The position numbers were made by a program, and so were the translations under genes. The notes beneath the pieces were generated by a model that worked only from the letters and a program-made list of their open reading frames with translations, was not told where the DNA came from and ran no database searches. A stretch of DNA of 64,000 nt, from IMG/VR virus record IMGVR_UViG_3300047320_000346; one strand, 5' to 3'. This document shows, one piece after another, positions 18,531 to 29,086 of this stretch. Each line of letters begins with the position of its first letter. The first letter of the stretch is position 1. Source of the DNA: an uncultured virus (IMG/VR IMGVR_UViG_3300047320_000346). Its lineage: Duplodnaviria; Heunggongvirae; Uroviricota; Caudoviricetes.

Positions 18531-18920
18531 ATGAACATCGACCAAATCAATGCGCTGAACCGTTTCGCTCTCGAACACAAACGTGGCTGGAAAGACAGGC
18601 TCGTTTCGAGCTGGATGTGCGGTATCTATCCGGTGACCACGAGCGCCTCCGACCAGTGCCTGTTGCAGCAGTTGCGCAACAATGGCGGCGCGGAACTGTT
18701 GGACACATTCCGCCCGCGTGAAGACGGCTTCAAAACGGTCGGCTACTTCAAGCGTGACCGCATGGAACGCTTTAACACGAAGCGTGGCTGGTTCGTGACT
18801 GCCTGGCGCATCGTGACTGAAGCGGGTTCCGACCTGGTCCAGCCGTGGGACATGCGCAAGTCCGAGGCAAAAGAAACGGCCAACGAACTGGGCATTTTCA
18901 TCGTAGGTGCACTCCAGTAA
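18531..18920 (+). CDS. Hypothetical protein
   Basis: SD GAGGA, CTATAC at 18488, terminator at 18942-18968. Confidence 0.75.
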   Translation: MNIDQINALNRFALEHKRGWKDRLVSSWMCGIYPVTTSASDQCLLQQLRNNGGAELLDTFRPREDGFKTVGYFKRDRMERFNTKRGWFVTAWRIVTEAGSDLVQPWDMRKSEAKETANELGIFIVGALQ

Positions 18921-19046
18921 CCGTCGACCAACTCGTCACTCAGCGCCCTTCTTCAGGGCGCTTTTTTTATTGCTACCGTCTCGATGCGTAAGGCTTTCAC
19001 GCGCCTTGACCCTTATACTGGCTAGGACAATTACTGAGGTACGTGA

Positions 19047-19559
19047 ATGGTTTCGTTTCAGTTTTTCTGGTGGGCTATCGAAGATTCGGTCAAGCAATAC
19101 CCCTTCGCAATTGGCGTGTACTTCTTGTTTTCGCACATGATGCTCGTCATTCATGAAGGCGGCCATGCTGTTGCTGGAGCGCTACTTGGCGTTCCTTCAA
19201 CGGGAATCCGGATTGGAACCAGGCCGATATTTAAGGTAGTTGTGCTCGGCTATTCCATCACCGTGGGCTGGCTGCCTGCCTCGGGCCACACGACTTTCGT
19301 GGATGAAGGGAATTTTCCGGACACGTGGCAGGTACTGGTGACGTACCTTGCTGGCCCATTGTCGGTCGTATGTGCGGGACCGCTGTTTTTTCTGCTGGTC
19401 CAGCATAGCCACTTTTATACGGCGTCGATTTTTGGAGCCTTGTTCGTCCTTTCCGGGATTTGCGACCTTCGCAAAAACTGCCCGGATGGGCTAGCCCTAC
19501 GTCGACTGTGGAAGGTTTTGCGCCCGGAAAGGTTGAAAGAGGCTGGGCAAATCGAATAA
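19047..19559 (+). CDS. Site-2 protease / peptidase M50-family membrane metalloprotease (short)
   Basis: IHEGGH in a TM segment, GWLP.SG, YLAGP, PDG. Confidence 0.8.
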   Translation: MVSFQFFWWAIEDSVKQYPFAIGVYFLFSHMMLVIHEGGHAVAGALLGVPSTGIRIGTRPIFKVVVLGYSITVGWLPASGHTTFVDEGNFPDTWQVLVTYLAGPLSVVCAGPLFFLLVQHSHFYTASIFGALFVLSGICDLRKNCPDGLALRRLWKVLRPERLKEAGQIE

Positions 19560-19610
19560 CTCAACGCCGCGAGACTCTCGCGGCGTTTTTCTGTCAGCCC
19601 CGGGTATGGC

Positions 19611-21554
19611 TCAGCGGTAGCTGACGACCATCGGACCGTTCTGGATGTTGTAGTGCCACGATGCGTTTGCCAACCCGCCGCCGCCGGTAACATGCAGCCC
19701 GCTGCTGTTGCCCCCCGACCAGAAAATCGTCGGGTAGTTGTCAGCCCCTTGCCCGGCAATGCTCTGGGTGGAGTTGAACTGCGCCAGGCCTGCAGAGCTT
19801 ACGGACCACAGTGACGTCGGGTCGTAAGTCGTTTGCGTGTTGTAGTTCGCGAGCAGCCCCTGGCGCAGGTTGTTCAGCATCGTTGCGCTCGTCGTCCAGG
19901 CGGCGTTACTTGTGCCATATTCGGAGATGCGCACTTCCGACGACAGATTCGCCAGGGCAATCGCAACCGACGCGGTCAGGTACGACCCGTTCGCTTCACC
20001 CGGAACCGGCGGCGAGCCTGCGGGAGCTTCGTTGAAGCTGGCGCCCGCGTAATACCGGGTATCGTGCAGCGCTTCGATGACGGTGTAGCCACCGCCGTTT
20101 GTTGTCATGTCGCAGTACACGTCGTACGACGCACCGCCCGGGGTGATGCGATAAATACCGTCGCCCGTGGCACCCTGGTAGTAGTGCGGCGCGCTTGGAT
20201 TGCGATATGCATTGCAAGTCGACGCATAGGTACCATCCGCGTACGCGCGATAGCCGCTGAGCTGCTTGATGGACCCAGTGATGGGCAGCGAGTACGACTG
20301 GGTAGCCGTCTTGCCCTTGTACGAGGCCTGCACCTGGACAGTCGACGATACCGCGGTTGTCGTCGGCGTGCCGCCAATGACGCCGGCAGTCGAGAGGTTC
20401 ATGCCCGCGGGCAACGCGCCGCCTGTCACCGACCATGTGACGCCGGCGCCGGTGCCGGCATAAGCGCCGTCGCCGTTCACGTTGACCGACGGCTTCAGGT
20501 CGAAACCTGAACCATTGTTATAGGCAATGCCCACGATGCCGCCCGGCGGCGTGGCCGCGGCCAATGCGACCGTGATGGCGCCCACCACGACCTGATAGCC
20601 CTGCATGCCCGATTTCGTCTTGTACGCGGCCTTCACCGTGAACGGAAAAGTACCTTCGGCCGTAGCACTTCCCGTGATGACGCCATCAGCTCCGATGCTG
20701 AGGCCGGCAGGCAGCGCGCCGCTGGTGACGCTCCAGCTCACGCCCGAGCTCGAATAGGCTGCGTCGCCCGACACCGTGAGCAGCGTCTTCAGGTCATAGC
20801 TGTAAGCTGTGCCCTGCTTTGCATCAGGCAAGGACGCGGTTTGCAGGCCGACCGTGATGGCACCGACAACAACCTGATAGCCCTGGATGCCGGACTTCGT
20901 CCGATATGCGGCCCTCACCGTGAACGGGTACGTCCCTTCCGCGGTGGCCACACCCGTGATGAGGCCATCCGCTCCCAGGCTCAGGCCCGCGGGAAGGTTG
21001 CCGCTCGCGATGCTCCAGCTGACTCCCGCGCCCGAGTAGCTCGAGTCCCCGGTCACCGACAGGCGCGTCTTCATGTCGTAGCTGTACGTTGCGCCCTGGG
21101 TCGCATTCGGCAATGCCGCACTGCCGAGACTCACCTGCAGGTTCATCACGCTGACCTGAAAAGTGTTCGTGCCCGATTTTGTTCGGTAAACCGCCGTGAC
21201 CACGAAGCTTGATGTGCCGGCTGCGGTTGGCGTCCCGGTGAGTTTGCCGGTCGCGTTCAGCGTGAGCCCCGCAGGCAGCGCGCCGGCGGAGACGTACCAG
21301 CGCACGTTCGATGGATTGAAATTCTGGTCGCCTGTGACTTGCAGGGCCTGGTTGAAGTCGAAACCCGGGTAGGCGTCACCTACAAACCCCGCGGGCGGTG
21401 TGTAGGCGCTCAGCGATACGGAGATGTTGGCCGCGCCGGTGTCAGTGCGCGCGGGGACTGGCACGACGACGTAATAGTTGGACGCGAACGCGGACATGCT
21501 GGCAGCCAGGGCAGCAGCGACGAGAGTCTTGCGAAGGAGAGCTTTGGATGACAT
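19611..21554 (-). CDS. Secreted putative-Ig repeat protein with fibrinogen-like C-terminal domain
   Basis: Signal peptide, YYVVVPVP, four Ig repeats, ATGDGIYRI...VYCDMTTNGGGYT. Confidence 0.88.
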   Translation of the reverse strand: MSSKALLRKTLVAAALAASMSAFASNYYVVVPVPARTDTGAANISVSLSAYTPPAGFVGDAYPGFDFNQALQVTGDQNFNPSNVRWYVSAGALPAGLTLNATGKLTGTPTAAGTSSFVVTAVYRTKSGTNTFQVSVMNLQVSLGSAALPNATQGATYSYDMKTRLSVTGDSSYSGAGVSWSIASGNLPAGLSLGADGLITGVATAEGTYPFTVRAAYRTKSGIQGYQVVVGAITVGLQTASLPDAKQGTAYSYDLKTLLTVSGDAAYSSSGVSWSVTSGALPAGLSIGADGVITGSATAEGTFPFTVKAAYKTKSGMQGYQVVVGAITVALAAATPPGGIVGIAYNNGSGFDLKPSVNVNGDGAYAGTGAGVTWSVTGGALPAGMNLSTAGVIGGTPTTTAVSSTVQVQASYKGKTATQSYSLPITGSIKQLSGYRAYADGTYASTCNAYRNPSAPHYYQGATGDGIYRITPGGASYDVYCDMTTNGGGYTVIEALHDTRYYAGASFNEAPAGSPPVPGEANGSYLTASVAIALANLSSEVRISEYGTSNAAWTTSATMLNNLRQGLLANYNTQTTYDPTSLWSVSSAGLAQFNSTQSIAGQGADNYPTIFWSGGNSSGLHVTGGGGLANASWHYNIQNGPMVVSYR

Positions 21555-21732
21555 TTGGCGGTATACCTTGGGGTCTGCAGTGGTATAGCGCCGGGAACCC
21601 TGCACTGACTGGATGCAGGATGGAAAAAGACCGCGTTTTTTGTGCTCCACGGTCGAAGCAGAATACTCAAAAAGAGGGTCTACGCTCCCTCACCGATACA
21701 CCCAGACGGCATCGTTCACCGGCCTTGCCGGC

Positions 21733-22377
21733 TTAAATGGTGACGAGCTTGCGGCTCAATGCGTAACGCATGATGTCCGCGTTGGTTTTCAGCCCGAGCT
21801 TTTTCAGCACGCGCGAGCGAAATGTCGAGATGGTGCCCACCTCAACATTAATGGCCACCGCGACCTCGGAGGGCGACTTGCCCGCTGCGAGATGGCACAT
21901 CACCTGGTACTCACGTTCCGAGAGCTTTTCGTGCGGATTGGCCGACGGCACACCGCCCGCCTGCATGACCAGCGCCTCGGCGTACTCCGGGCTCACATAC
22001 CGGCCACCCGTGGCCACTTTCTGGCACGCCGCCAGAAATTCCGACGGGTCGCACGTCTTGTTGATGAAGCCGCTCCCACCGACCTTGAAAACCCGGCCGG
22101 CCGCCGCGGAATCAGGCATGAGGCTGTGCACAAGAATCGGCTGCTTGTAGCCCGCCGAGCGCAGCTCCTGAATCAATTCCAGCCCATCTCCGTCAGGCAA
22201 CTGCAGGTCCAGCACCATCAGGGTCCAGCCCGTCGTACGGACAGCCATGCGCGCCTGCTGAAGCGAGGACGCTTCATAGCAAATCGACCATCCCAGTTCC
22301 TGCACAAGCATGGCGATGCCTTTGCGCACCATGCTGTGGTCATCGACAACTACAACCTCTGGCACACTCACCGTCAA
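21733..22377 (-). CDS. NarL/UvrY-family response regulator (REC + LuxR HTH)
   Basis: VVDDH, LDLQLPDGDG, GFINK, LSEREYQV...KKLG. Confidence 0.92.
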   Translation of the reverse strand: MTVSVPEVVVVDDHSMVRKGIAMLVQELGWSICYEASSLQQARMAVRTTGWTLMVLDLQLPDGDGLELIQELRSAGYKQPILVHSLMPDSAAAGRVFKVGGSGFINKTCDPSEFLAACQKVATGGRYVSPEYAEALVMQAGGVPSANPHEKLSEREYQVMCHLAAGKSPSEVAVAINVEVGTISTFRSRVLKKLGLKTNADIMRYALSRKLVTI

Positions 22378-22419
22378 TCCCTCGTTCTATTTTGTGTTGT
22401 TGTTTTACCGCCGAATGCC

Positions 22420-23922
22420 CTACTTCTCGCCGGCCGATACGACAGCCGGCTGCATACGCCGCTCCGGGAGTTCCATACGCACAAGCGTTCCGTCAACTTC
22501 CGGCCGCGTCGTGAAGACGACCTTGCCGCCGTAGAGGTCCGCTCGTTCCTTGATGCTACGCAGCCCCATCGACCGCGTTTTCACGTGAGACGGCATGCCG
22601 ACTCCATTGTCCTGCACTTCGAGCCAATACGTGCTCTCGTCCATCCCCATCCGAACGAGGCACCGGCTGGCTTTCGCGTGCTTGCTCACGTTGTTGAGCA
22701 GTTCCTGCACGCTGCGGTGCATGTTCTGCGCCAACTTCTGCTCCGGCTCTACAAAGTCCGGCGCCAGCTCGAACTGAATCTGAATCCCGAGCCGGATGCG
22801 CAGGTCCGCGACCAGCTCGTGGATGGAATGCGCAAGGCCCTGCAGCGTCACGTTGTCTTCGCGCATCTCAAACGCGATGCGGCGTGCTGCTTTGGCGAGG
22901 CTGTCGACCAGCTCGCGCACGGACTGGAACTGCTGCACGGCTTCGGCAGATGCCGTCGTATTCGACCCCAGCACCAGCTTGTCCAACCGGCGCATGGCGA
23001 GCTTGAGCACCGTAAACTGCTGGCCGAGCGAGTCATGTATCTCGCGCGCCAGCATCGTGCGCTCAGCTTCCTTCACCGCCAGCATGCGCTGGAGTTCCTG
23101 CTTGCCGAGCGTCCCGCCCTGTATCACGAAGCGAGTGCCTTCGCGCGGCTCAAGCGAAAGCGCCATCACGCCGACAAACCCATCGCCATCCCGGCTCGTC
23201 AGCGGAAAGTGCAAGACATTCCACCGACCATCGACACCAAGGTCGTAGATGTGCGAAACATGCGAGTCGCCATTACGCACCTGCGCGGGGTGGTTTTTCA
23301 GGTCGTCCCGCAATGCCGTCAGCCGGTCGAGCTCCACCTGGTCGCGACCCTGTTCCGGCGACGTGCGTGCACGCAACACATCCATCGGAGAACCGCCAAA
23401 TGCCGCATTCGAAAATACGGTGCTTCCTGCCGCGTCCACCACCCAGCACGGATGCGGCAGCGCCGACAACAGGTCGCGAGTAATCCTCGACCAGGACGGA
23501 AACAGCGCGTCCTTATTATCTTTGAGGAACAACAACGCGGCGTTCTTCTCAGGATACTCTGGCAGGGCGGTGACCGTGACATTCACCGTGACGTAAGTAT
23601 CGGAAGTGTGCATCCGAATAGGCAAGTCGTTCACGATGTTGCCCGGGTTTGCAACAGCAATCTGTATCCGCGACAGTGTATGCGGGTCCAGCCCGCTGTG
23701 AATCAGAGTGCTGATTTCCGACGCATTGCGACAACGAAGCAATGCATGCGCTTCCTCGGTAGCCGCCAGCACTTTCAGCACGCTCGCGCCGGTGACAAGC
23801 AACACAGGCGCCTTGAGACTGCATACCGACCGCCAGAATACTTCGACAGGGAATGTGGACGACTCAACATCAGCACCGCTTTTCCGGGCACAGAGCCGTT
23901 CTAACCAAGCCCGCAAACCCAT
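22420..23922 (-). CDS. Cytoplasmic PAS-like + HisKA_3 sensor histidine kinase
   Basis: ERTMLAREIHDSLGQ, QELLNNVSKHA, DNGVG, MGLRSIKERA; no TM segment. Confidence 0.9.
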   Translation of the reverse strand: MGLRAWLERLCARKSGADVESSTFPVEVFWRSVCSLKAPVLLVTGASVLKVLAATEEAHALLRCRNASEISTLIHSGLDPHTLSRIQIAVANPGNIVNDLPIRMHTSDTYVTVNVTVTALPEYPEKNAALLFLKDNKDALFPSWSRITRDLLSALPHPCWVVDAAGSTVFSNAAFGGSPMDVLRARTSPEQGRDQVELDRLTALRDDLKNHPAQVRNGDSHVSHIYDLGVDGRWNVLHFPLTSRDGDGFVGVMALSLEPREGTRFVIQGGTLGKQELQRMLAVKEAERTMLAREIHDSLGQQFTVLKLAMRRLDKLVLGSNTTASAEAVQQFQSVRELVDSLAKAARRIAFEMREDNVTLQGLAHSIHELVADLRIRLGIQIQFELAPDFVEPEQKLAQNMHRSVQELLNNVSKHAKASRCLVRMGMDESTYWLEVQDNGVGMPSHVKTRSMGLRSIKERADLYGGKVVFTTRPEVDGTLVRMELPERRMQPAVVSAGEK

Positions 23923-24285
23923 ACGTACGTTCCAGGAAGGACGAATCCCTCCGATTTAAAATGCAAAAGATTAAACCTTTTCTACTTGTACGACAAGGCA
24001 CAAGCTCTTTGTTACCGATGCGGAATCCGGAAGCATTCTGACCCCATTCAATTGGTCATTTCTCTTCAAAAGCGCCCTTCATAAATTGTCACAATCTAGT
24101 TGTGGATAACGACCAGTCTTTACAAAACTTTAATCTTTTGGAGCCGCTTCCAGCAGCCGGCTATTGTAAGGAGAAGTCCGATGAATTTGTGCTACTTGAC
24201 TTTCGTCGCTGCCGGACATCGACAATAACATAAGGTTATTGCGAGTCGTCTTTCAGCATACTCTTCGTTATACGCAGCCAAAAAC

Positions 24286-24318
24286 AAAAAACCCACCATT
24301 CCATATGGTGGGTTTTTT
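24286..24318. terminator. Intrinsic terminator
   Basis: AAAAAACCCACCAT...ATGGTGGGTTTTTT after the porin gene. Confidence 0.85.
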
Positions 24319-24342
24319 GAAGCTTACAGCTGCCGCGGTGGG

Positions 24343-25104
24343 TCAGAACTTGTAACCGACCGTGCCGAAGACCTTGTGCGTACCGGTGTTGGTGAACCCG
24401 TACGCATCGTTGCCCGCGAACTGGTACGTCACGCCGACGTCGACCTGGTTGTTGAATGCGTAGCCGACGCGCACCTGCGCGAGCGAGAGGCCATCCTTCT
24501 GGCCCACGTCCGCGTGGTTGTGCAGGCCGTAGCCGACGTCACCGCCCAGGCTGAACTTGCCCAGGTTGTACGTGTAGCCGACTTGTGCGTACGTATCGCC
24601 AGTCTGGTAGCCCGCAACCGGAAGCGACGCGCTTTCGATGACGGTCGACACCTTCGCGGTCAAACCTTTCCATTCCGCGCCGACGAACGCTTCGCTGAAC
24701 GACAGGTCGTTCACGTGGTTTTGGCCCGTGAAGATGTTGCGGGTGAGACCGCCGCCGATGGTCACGTCGTGGGGCAGATGGAAGTCGTAGCCGACCGTCA
24801 GCTGGTTTTGCAGTTGATGCAGGTTCGATGCGCCCGGCGTCAGGTTCACCGTGTCGCTCTCGATGGTGCCGTACAGGCCCGACGAGTGGCGTGCGGTGAT
24901 GCTCGCGCCGATGGACGGGTTACCGTCCGAGAACTGCGCGCCGCGATACTGATACGACGATTGCGCGTGCACGTCACCGGACACGGTCAGGCCATTTTCC
25001 GACTGGGCCAACGCCTTCAGACCAGCCAGGCTGTCGGCTGCCATCGCGGAACCGGCAAGACCCAGACCAACCAATGCAGCAACGGCCAGATGTTTCAACT
25101 TCAT
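24343..25104 (-). CDS. TorF/Gcw_chp-like outer-membrane beta-barrel protein
   Basis: Signal peptide, S.Y.YRG..FS...P, HSSGLY, alternating beta strands, C-terminal YKF. Confidence 0.75.
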   Translation of the reverse strand: MKLKHLAVAALVGLGLAGSAMAADSLAGLKALAQSENGLTVSGDVHAQSSYQYRGAQFSDGNPSIGASITARHSSGLYGTIESDTVNLTPGASNLHQLQNQLTVGYDFHLPHDVTIGGGLTRNIFTGQNHVNDLSFSEAFVGAEWKGLTAKVSTVIESASLPVAGYQTGDTYAQVGYTYNLGKFSLGGDVGYGLHNHADVGQKDGLSLAQVRVGYAFNNQVDVGVTYQFAGNDAYGFTNTGTHKVFGTVGYKF

Positions 25105-25225
25105 GTGTGTAAGCTCCTTTCTATGGGGGAATACGGCGATACCTGCGTAGCGCCAGCAAACCGTATAGCGAGAAATGGGGGTGATGCCAGACGCAGAACG
25201 CGCCTGGCCTACAACGATGAACCGC

Positions 25226-25513
25226 TCAGTGCAGCGCGCTCTTCAGCGACGGCGAAACCGTCAGCTTGACCACGCGGCGTGCCGGGACCGTGATGCGGTC
25301 GCCCGTCACCGGATTGCGTGCGACGCCGGCCGCGCGCTTGCGCGCTTCGAGCGTGCCGAACTTGTGCAGACGGACTTGCTTGCCGGAGGCCAGTTCGTCC
25401 TTGATGCGGTCAAACACGAAGCGCGCGACTTCAGCGCCAGCCTGATGGGTCAGGTCGAAACGTTCCGCGACGGCATCGGACAGGTCTTTCATGTTGAACG
25501 TCTGTGTGGTCAT
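25226..25513 (-). CDS. HU/IHF-family DNA-binding protein
   Basis: V.LHKFGTLEARKRAAGVARNPVTG...I.VPA. Confidence 0.92.
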   Translation of the reverse strand: MTTQTFNMKDLSDAVAERFDLTHQAGAEVARFVFDRIKDELASGKQVRLHKFGTLEARKRAAGVARNPVTGDRITVPARRVVKLTVSPSLKSALH

Positions 25514-25707
25514 GCTAGTGTTACTCCAGGTTGGTTTCGGGTCGCAGAGATTTATTCGACTGCGATGAGAAATAGTATATCATGAAATACAGTTTTCGCA
25601 ACTGCTTTTCAAACTCTCATCTTCAATCTGCTGTCAACCGGGATGCACAAAAGAAAACGGCAACCCGAGGTTGCCGTTGGTTGGAGATTGCTTTTGTGCT
25701 CAGGTGC

Positions 25708-26394
25708 TTAGGCTGGCTCATCATCATCATCGATGCTTCGTTGGGCCGTCAGGCCGCGCATCAGGCTTCGCTTGAGCTGGTTCACGCGCTGAAAATATTT
25801 GTCGCTCACATGGAGCGAACCGTTGTATCGCAAGAGCGCGCGCCGCTCGTTACCGCCTTCTGCGTCCAGATAACCCTTGAGTACCTGAGTACCAATGTCG
25901 ACGTTTTCGCGCACCGACGTTGCCTTCACGTTGCCACCCGGGAACAGGTCCGTGTGATAGCGCCCGGCCACCTGCATGATGCCAAAGGGCTTCATCGGGT
26001 CATGGCCGCCGCCCGGGTTGCCCACCTGGTGGTTGAACGACGATTCGGTCGCCGCCACCGCCATCAGCAGCAACGGGTCGACGCCATGCCGCTGGGATGC
26101 GGAGAGAAAGGCAGACGCCACCTGGCTCGCATAGGAGTTGTCCAGGTTCCACTCGCGCGAGAGATAGTTGGCAACGGTGCCCTGGTTGAATGGCACCTGC
26201 GCTTGCGGTACAGGTTTTGCATCCGGAACCTGCGTGACCACTTCGACTCTCGTGCGCTCGAGACCGAACGGCAGGTGCGTCGTGTAGTCGAGCCCCGGGA
26301 TGCTCGCGAGTGCAATCGCGCTCATCAGCACCCCGGAAAGCAGGCTCGTCAGCCGGGTCGAGAAGGTGTAAAACTGCATGGGAATAGCTGTCAT
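25708..26394 (-). CDS. SLT-family lytic transglycosylase
   Basis: VDPLLLMAVAATESSFN, GIMQV, NVDIG..VL..Y, ALLRYNG. Confidence 0.9.
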   Translation of the reverse strand: MTAIPMQFYTFSTRLTSLLSGVLMSAIALASIPGLDYTTHLPFGLERTRVEVVTQVPDAKPVPQAQVPFNQGTVANYLSREWNLDNSYASQVASAFLSASQRHGVDPLLLMAVAATESSFNHQVGNPGGGHDPMKPFGIMQVAGRYHTDLFPGGNVKATSVRENVDIGTQVLKGYLDAEGGNERRALLRYNGSLHVSDKYFQRVNQLKRSLMRGLTAQRSIDDDDEPA

Positions 26395-26397
26395 CGG

Positions 26398-28413
26398 TTA
26401 CCCCCTGTTCAGTTTCACCTGCAATTCCGGATATGCAGGTCGAGCCAGAGACAGTGAGGTCCACGAAACCGCGACCTGAACGCCCTCATTGAGCACGCGC
26501 GCCGCTCCGGGCTCGCCACCCACCCAGACGTCGTCGAGCCATTGGTGCCCGTTCTCGCGCAGGTCAGACGCGGGCAACCAGGCACTGCACTGCCAGCCGG
26601 ATACCACTACGCGAAGACCACGCTGGTTGGTGCGCACGATACGCGCGGCCACGACGTCCTCGACCGAGTTCGCGCTCATGAAGCTCTGCAGCTTCAGGCG
26701 GTCCCAGACCATGCGCTCAGCCAGGCGCGCCGCATGCGCGCGCTCGGAGCAGTGCTCCACCTGCGCTGACAGCCCGGCCCAGTCCGCAGTCGAGAGCTGA
26801 TGACCTTCGGGCGCGAGGAGCAGCCGATGAACCAGCAGGTCGGCGTATCGACGAATCGGGCTTGTGAAGTGGGTGTACCAGTCCACGCTCAGCGAAAAGT
26901 GGCCACCCTTCTCCGTGCTGCGTTGAACCACGTAGCGCGCCGGCTGCATCGCCGAGCGAATCTTGAGAGACGCTGCGGCTTGCGCTTCGGCATCAGGCTG
27001 CGACGACACGAGCTCCGACATCGCGCGAAGGCTCGGCGCATCGGGCAGCGTGTAGTTGTGCGCGAACGCCCATTCCTTCAGCTCACCCCAAGCCTGCGCA
27101 TCCGGCGCCGGCTGGAAGCGGAAGAGCCCCGCGCCGTAGCGCTTGATGAGCATCGCGGCCGCGGTGCGGTTCGCGAGCAGCATCAGCTCTTCGACGAGCT
27201 TGTGCGCGTCGTTGCGGCTTTCCCACTTCAATGACCAGGTGCCATCCTCGGCCTGCACCATCGTCGGCTCAGGCTCGTCGAAATCGAGACGCCCGGCCTG
27301 CTCGCGACGCTCGGAGAGCACGCGGTAGACCTCGGACAGCGCCAGCAGGCTGTGCTCAACCGGCATGGCGAACCGAACGTCCGGCTTGTTCACCATGAAG
27401 CCTGCGACCTGCGTGTAAGTCAGACGAGCTGCCGACTCGATGAGCGTACGCTCGAGCTCAGTAGAGAGCACGTTGCCGGCGGCGTCGAGCTCGAGCTTGA
27501 GCACGACCACGCGCCGCGGCTTACCCGGAACGAGCGAGCAACGGTCCGTCGACAGACCCTCAGGCAACATCGGGTGCGTGCGGCCCGGCAGATAGAGCGA
27601 CGTGCAGCGCTTAGCCGACCACGAATCGAGGTCAGAGCCTTCCGTCACATACCAGGAGACATCCGCGATGGCCACCTGGACCTCCCAGCCACCTTGCGGC
27701 AGCGCGCGGCCGTAGACCGCATCGTCGAAGTCGCGCGTGCTCTCCCCGTCGATAGTCACGAAGGGCGCTTCGTTGCCACCCTCCCATTCAACCTGGCTGG
27801 CCCCCAGTCCACGCAGCGCCTCGAGGTCCGCCGTCATCACTTCGTCGAACTGGAAGCGCATGAGCGCGTAGTCGAGGTCAAAACCTGGCCGCGTACGCGG
27901 GCCCATATTGCGCTCGACGATTACGTTGAGCGGCCGCGCGATAGGCGCGCCTTCGTAGGCCGGCACGCGCACGGAGACGACATCGCCCGGCGCAAACGCT
28001 GCCGTTTCGCCGTCGGCGAGCTGCAACGGCAGGAAGCACGGGTCATCCGGAACCAGATGCGTGAGGTCCGCCACATGGTGCACTTCACACAGCAGGCGCC
28101 CCGCCGGCCGCGAGACCGAAGAGAGCGCACGCACTTCACGGCTGTCGCCATCGCCGCCCTCAAGCGGAATGAAGCGGACCGTGTCACCGGTGAGGAGGAA
28201 CCGCGCGAGGTTTGCGCGCAGGAAATACGACTCGCCGTCGGTGCCGGTGATGAAGCCGAAACCGCGGGGGTTGAGAGAGACGGTACCGGAGAGGGCCGCG
28301 ACCTTCACATGCGGCTTGACGACGGGCAGATGAGCTGGTCCCTGGCTGCGGGGGTCGACGCTGAGGATGACGCCGGAGAGGCTGTCGTTAGAGGAAATCT
28401 TGCGGCGAAGCAT
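26398..28413 (-). CDS. RNase R / RNase II (RNB) family exoribonuclease
   Basis: Cold-shock GFGF, VTIDGESTRDFDDA, VAIADVS, LVEELMLLAN, YTHFTSPIRRYADLLVHR. Confidence 0.95.
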   Translation of the reverse strand: MLRRKISSNDSLSGVILSVDPRSQGPAHLPVVKPHVKVAALSGTVSLNPRGFGFITGTDGESYFLRANLARFLLTGDTVRFIPLEGGDGDSREVRALSSVSRPAGRLLCEVHHVADLTHLVPDDPCFLPLQLADGETAAFAPGDVVSVRVPAYEGAPIARPLNVIVERNMGPRTRPGFDLDYALMRFQFDEVMTADLEALRGLGASQVEWEGGNEAPFVTIDGESTRDFDDAVYGRALPQGGWEVQVAIADVSWYVTEGSDLDSWSAKRCTSLYLPGRTHPMLPEGLSTDRCSLVPGKPRRVVVLKLELDAAGNVLSTELERTLIESAARLTYTQVAGFMVNKPDVRFAMPVEHSLLALSEVYRVLSERREQAGRLDFDEPEPTMVQAEDGTWSLKWESRNDAHKLVEELMLLANRTAAAMLIKRYGAGLFRFQPAPDAQAWGELKEWAFAHNYTLPDAPSLRAMSELVSSQPDAEAQAAASLKIRSAMQPARYVVQRSTEKGGHFSLSVDWYTHFTSPIRRYADLLVHRLLLAPEGHQLSTADWAGLSAQVEHCSERAHAARLAERMVWDRLKLQSFMSANSVEDVVAARIVRTNQRGLRVVVSGWQCSAWLPASDLRENGHQWLDDVWVGGEPGAARVLNEGVQVAVSWTSLSLARPAYPELQVKLNRG

Positions 28414-28449
28414 CAGCGCACCTCTCCATGGGGCGCCAAAGCGCGATTA

Positions 28450-28884
28450 TTAACTTGTGTTTTTCTCATGTAGTGACGCTGCCCGCATGAGCAGCACGAT
28501 AAAAGCTGAAAGACCCCAGGCATAGCAGGTCGTGATGAATGCCTCCGGGACGTGGTCAACTGCCAGGTTCAATACCAGCAGACCGACATCGACTCCCGAC
28601 CACAGCAACAGATAGCCCGAGAACGCGTAAAACCGTCGCGAGGCAATGGCGCAGGCATAGAGCGCGGCAACAGCCATGAGCGACTTCAGAAAACCAGATA
28701 CCACCCCCACCTCGGGCATCATCAGCGTGATGACCAGGCAGGTCAGCGCCAGCTTGAGTCCAACCATTAGCATCAGCGCCGGGCTGCCGTTTCGGGGCAA
28801 ACCGCGACCGTCGTGCTGAAAGCTCAGCAACTGCGCCACGTGCCAGGCGAACGACGGCAGAACACGCATGGTGGAGTTAGGCAT
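28450..28884 (-). CDS. Hypothetical membrane protein
   Basis: About four TM segments; heads the RNB-SLT run. Confidence 0.65.
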   Translation of the reverse strand: MPNSTMRVLPSFAWHVAQLLSFQHDGRGLPRNGSPALMLMVGLKLALTCLVITLMMPEVGVVSGFLKSLMAVAALYACAIASRRFYAFSGYLLLWSGVDVGLLVLNLAVDHVPEAFITTCYAWGLSAFIVLLMRAASLHEKNTS

Positions 28885-29086
28885 GGTGCGAATTACACTT
28901 ACGAAAGGTTATGAATTGGACGCAAGTAGTATACCACAATATACGCACTTTTCACGACAAACACGGAAGAGTTAACTTTCCGTGTCAAGCCGCAACGTTC
29001 AGTATAGGAGTCGGGCGCTGGCAGAATCGTGCGACGCAGGCACAATTGCGTTGAGGGTAGCGCTGGTAGGGAATACAGTGCGACGG

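Noticed and set aside
20570..21100. Long imperfect direct repeat
   Set aside because: Two adjacent Ig repeats inside one CDS; no spacer-repeat structure.
21613..23904. 763-aa plus-strand ORF
   Set aside because: Antisense shadow of the clearly recognisable kinase and response regulator; no motifs, typical of GC-rich DNA.
24101..24109. DnaA box as a replication origin
   Set aside because: Single box, no iterons or rep gene nearby; kept only as a possible regulatory site.
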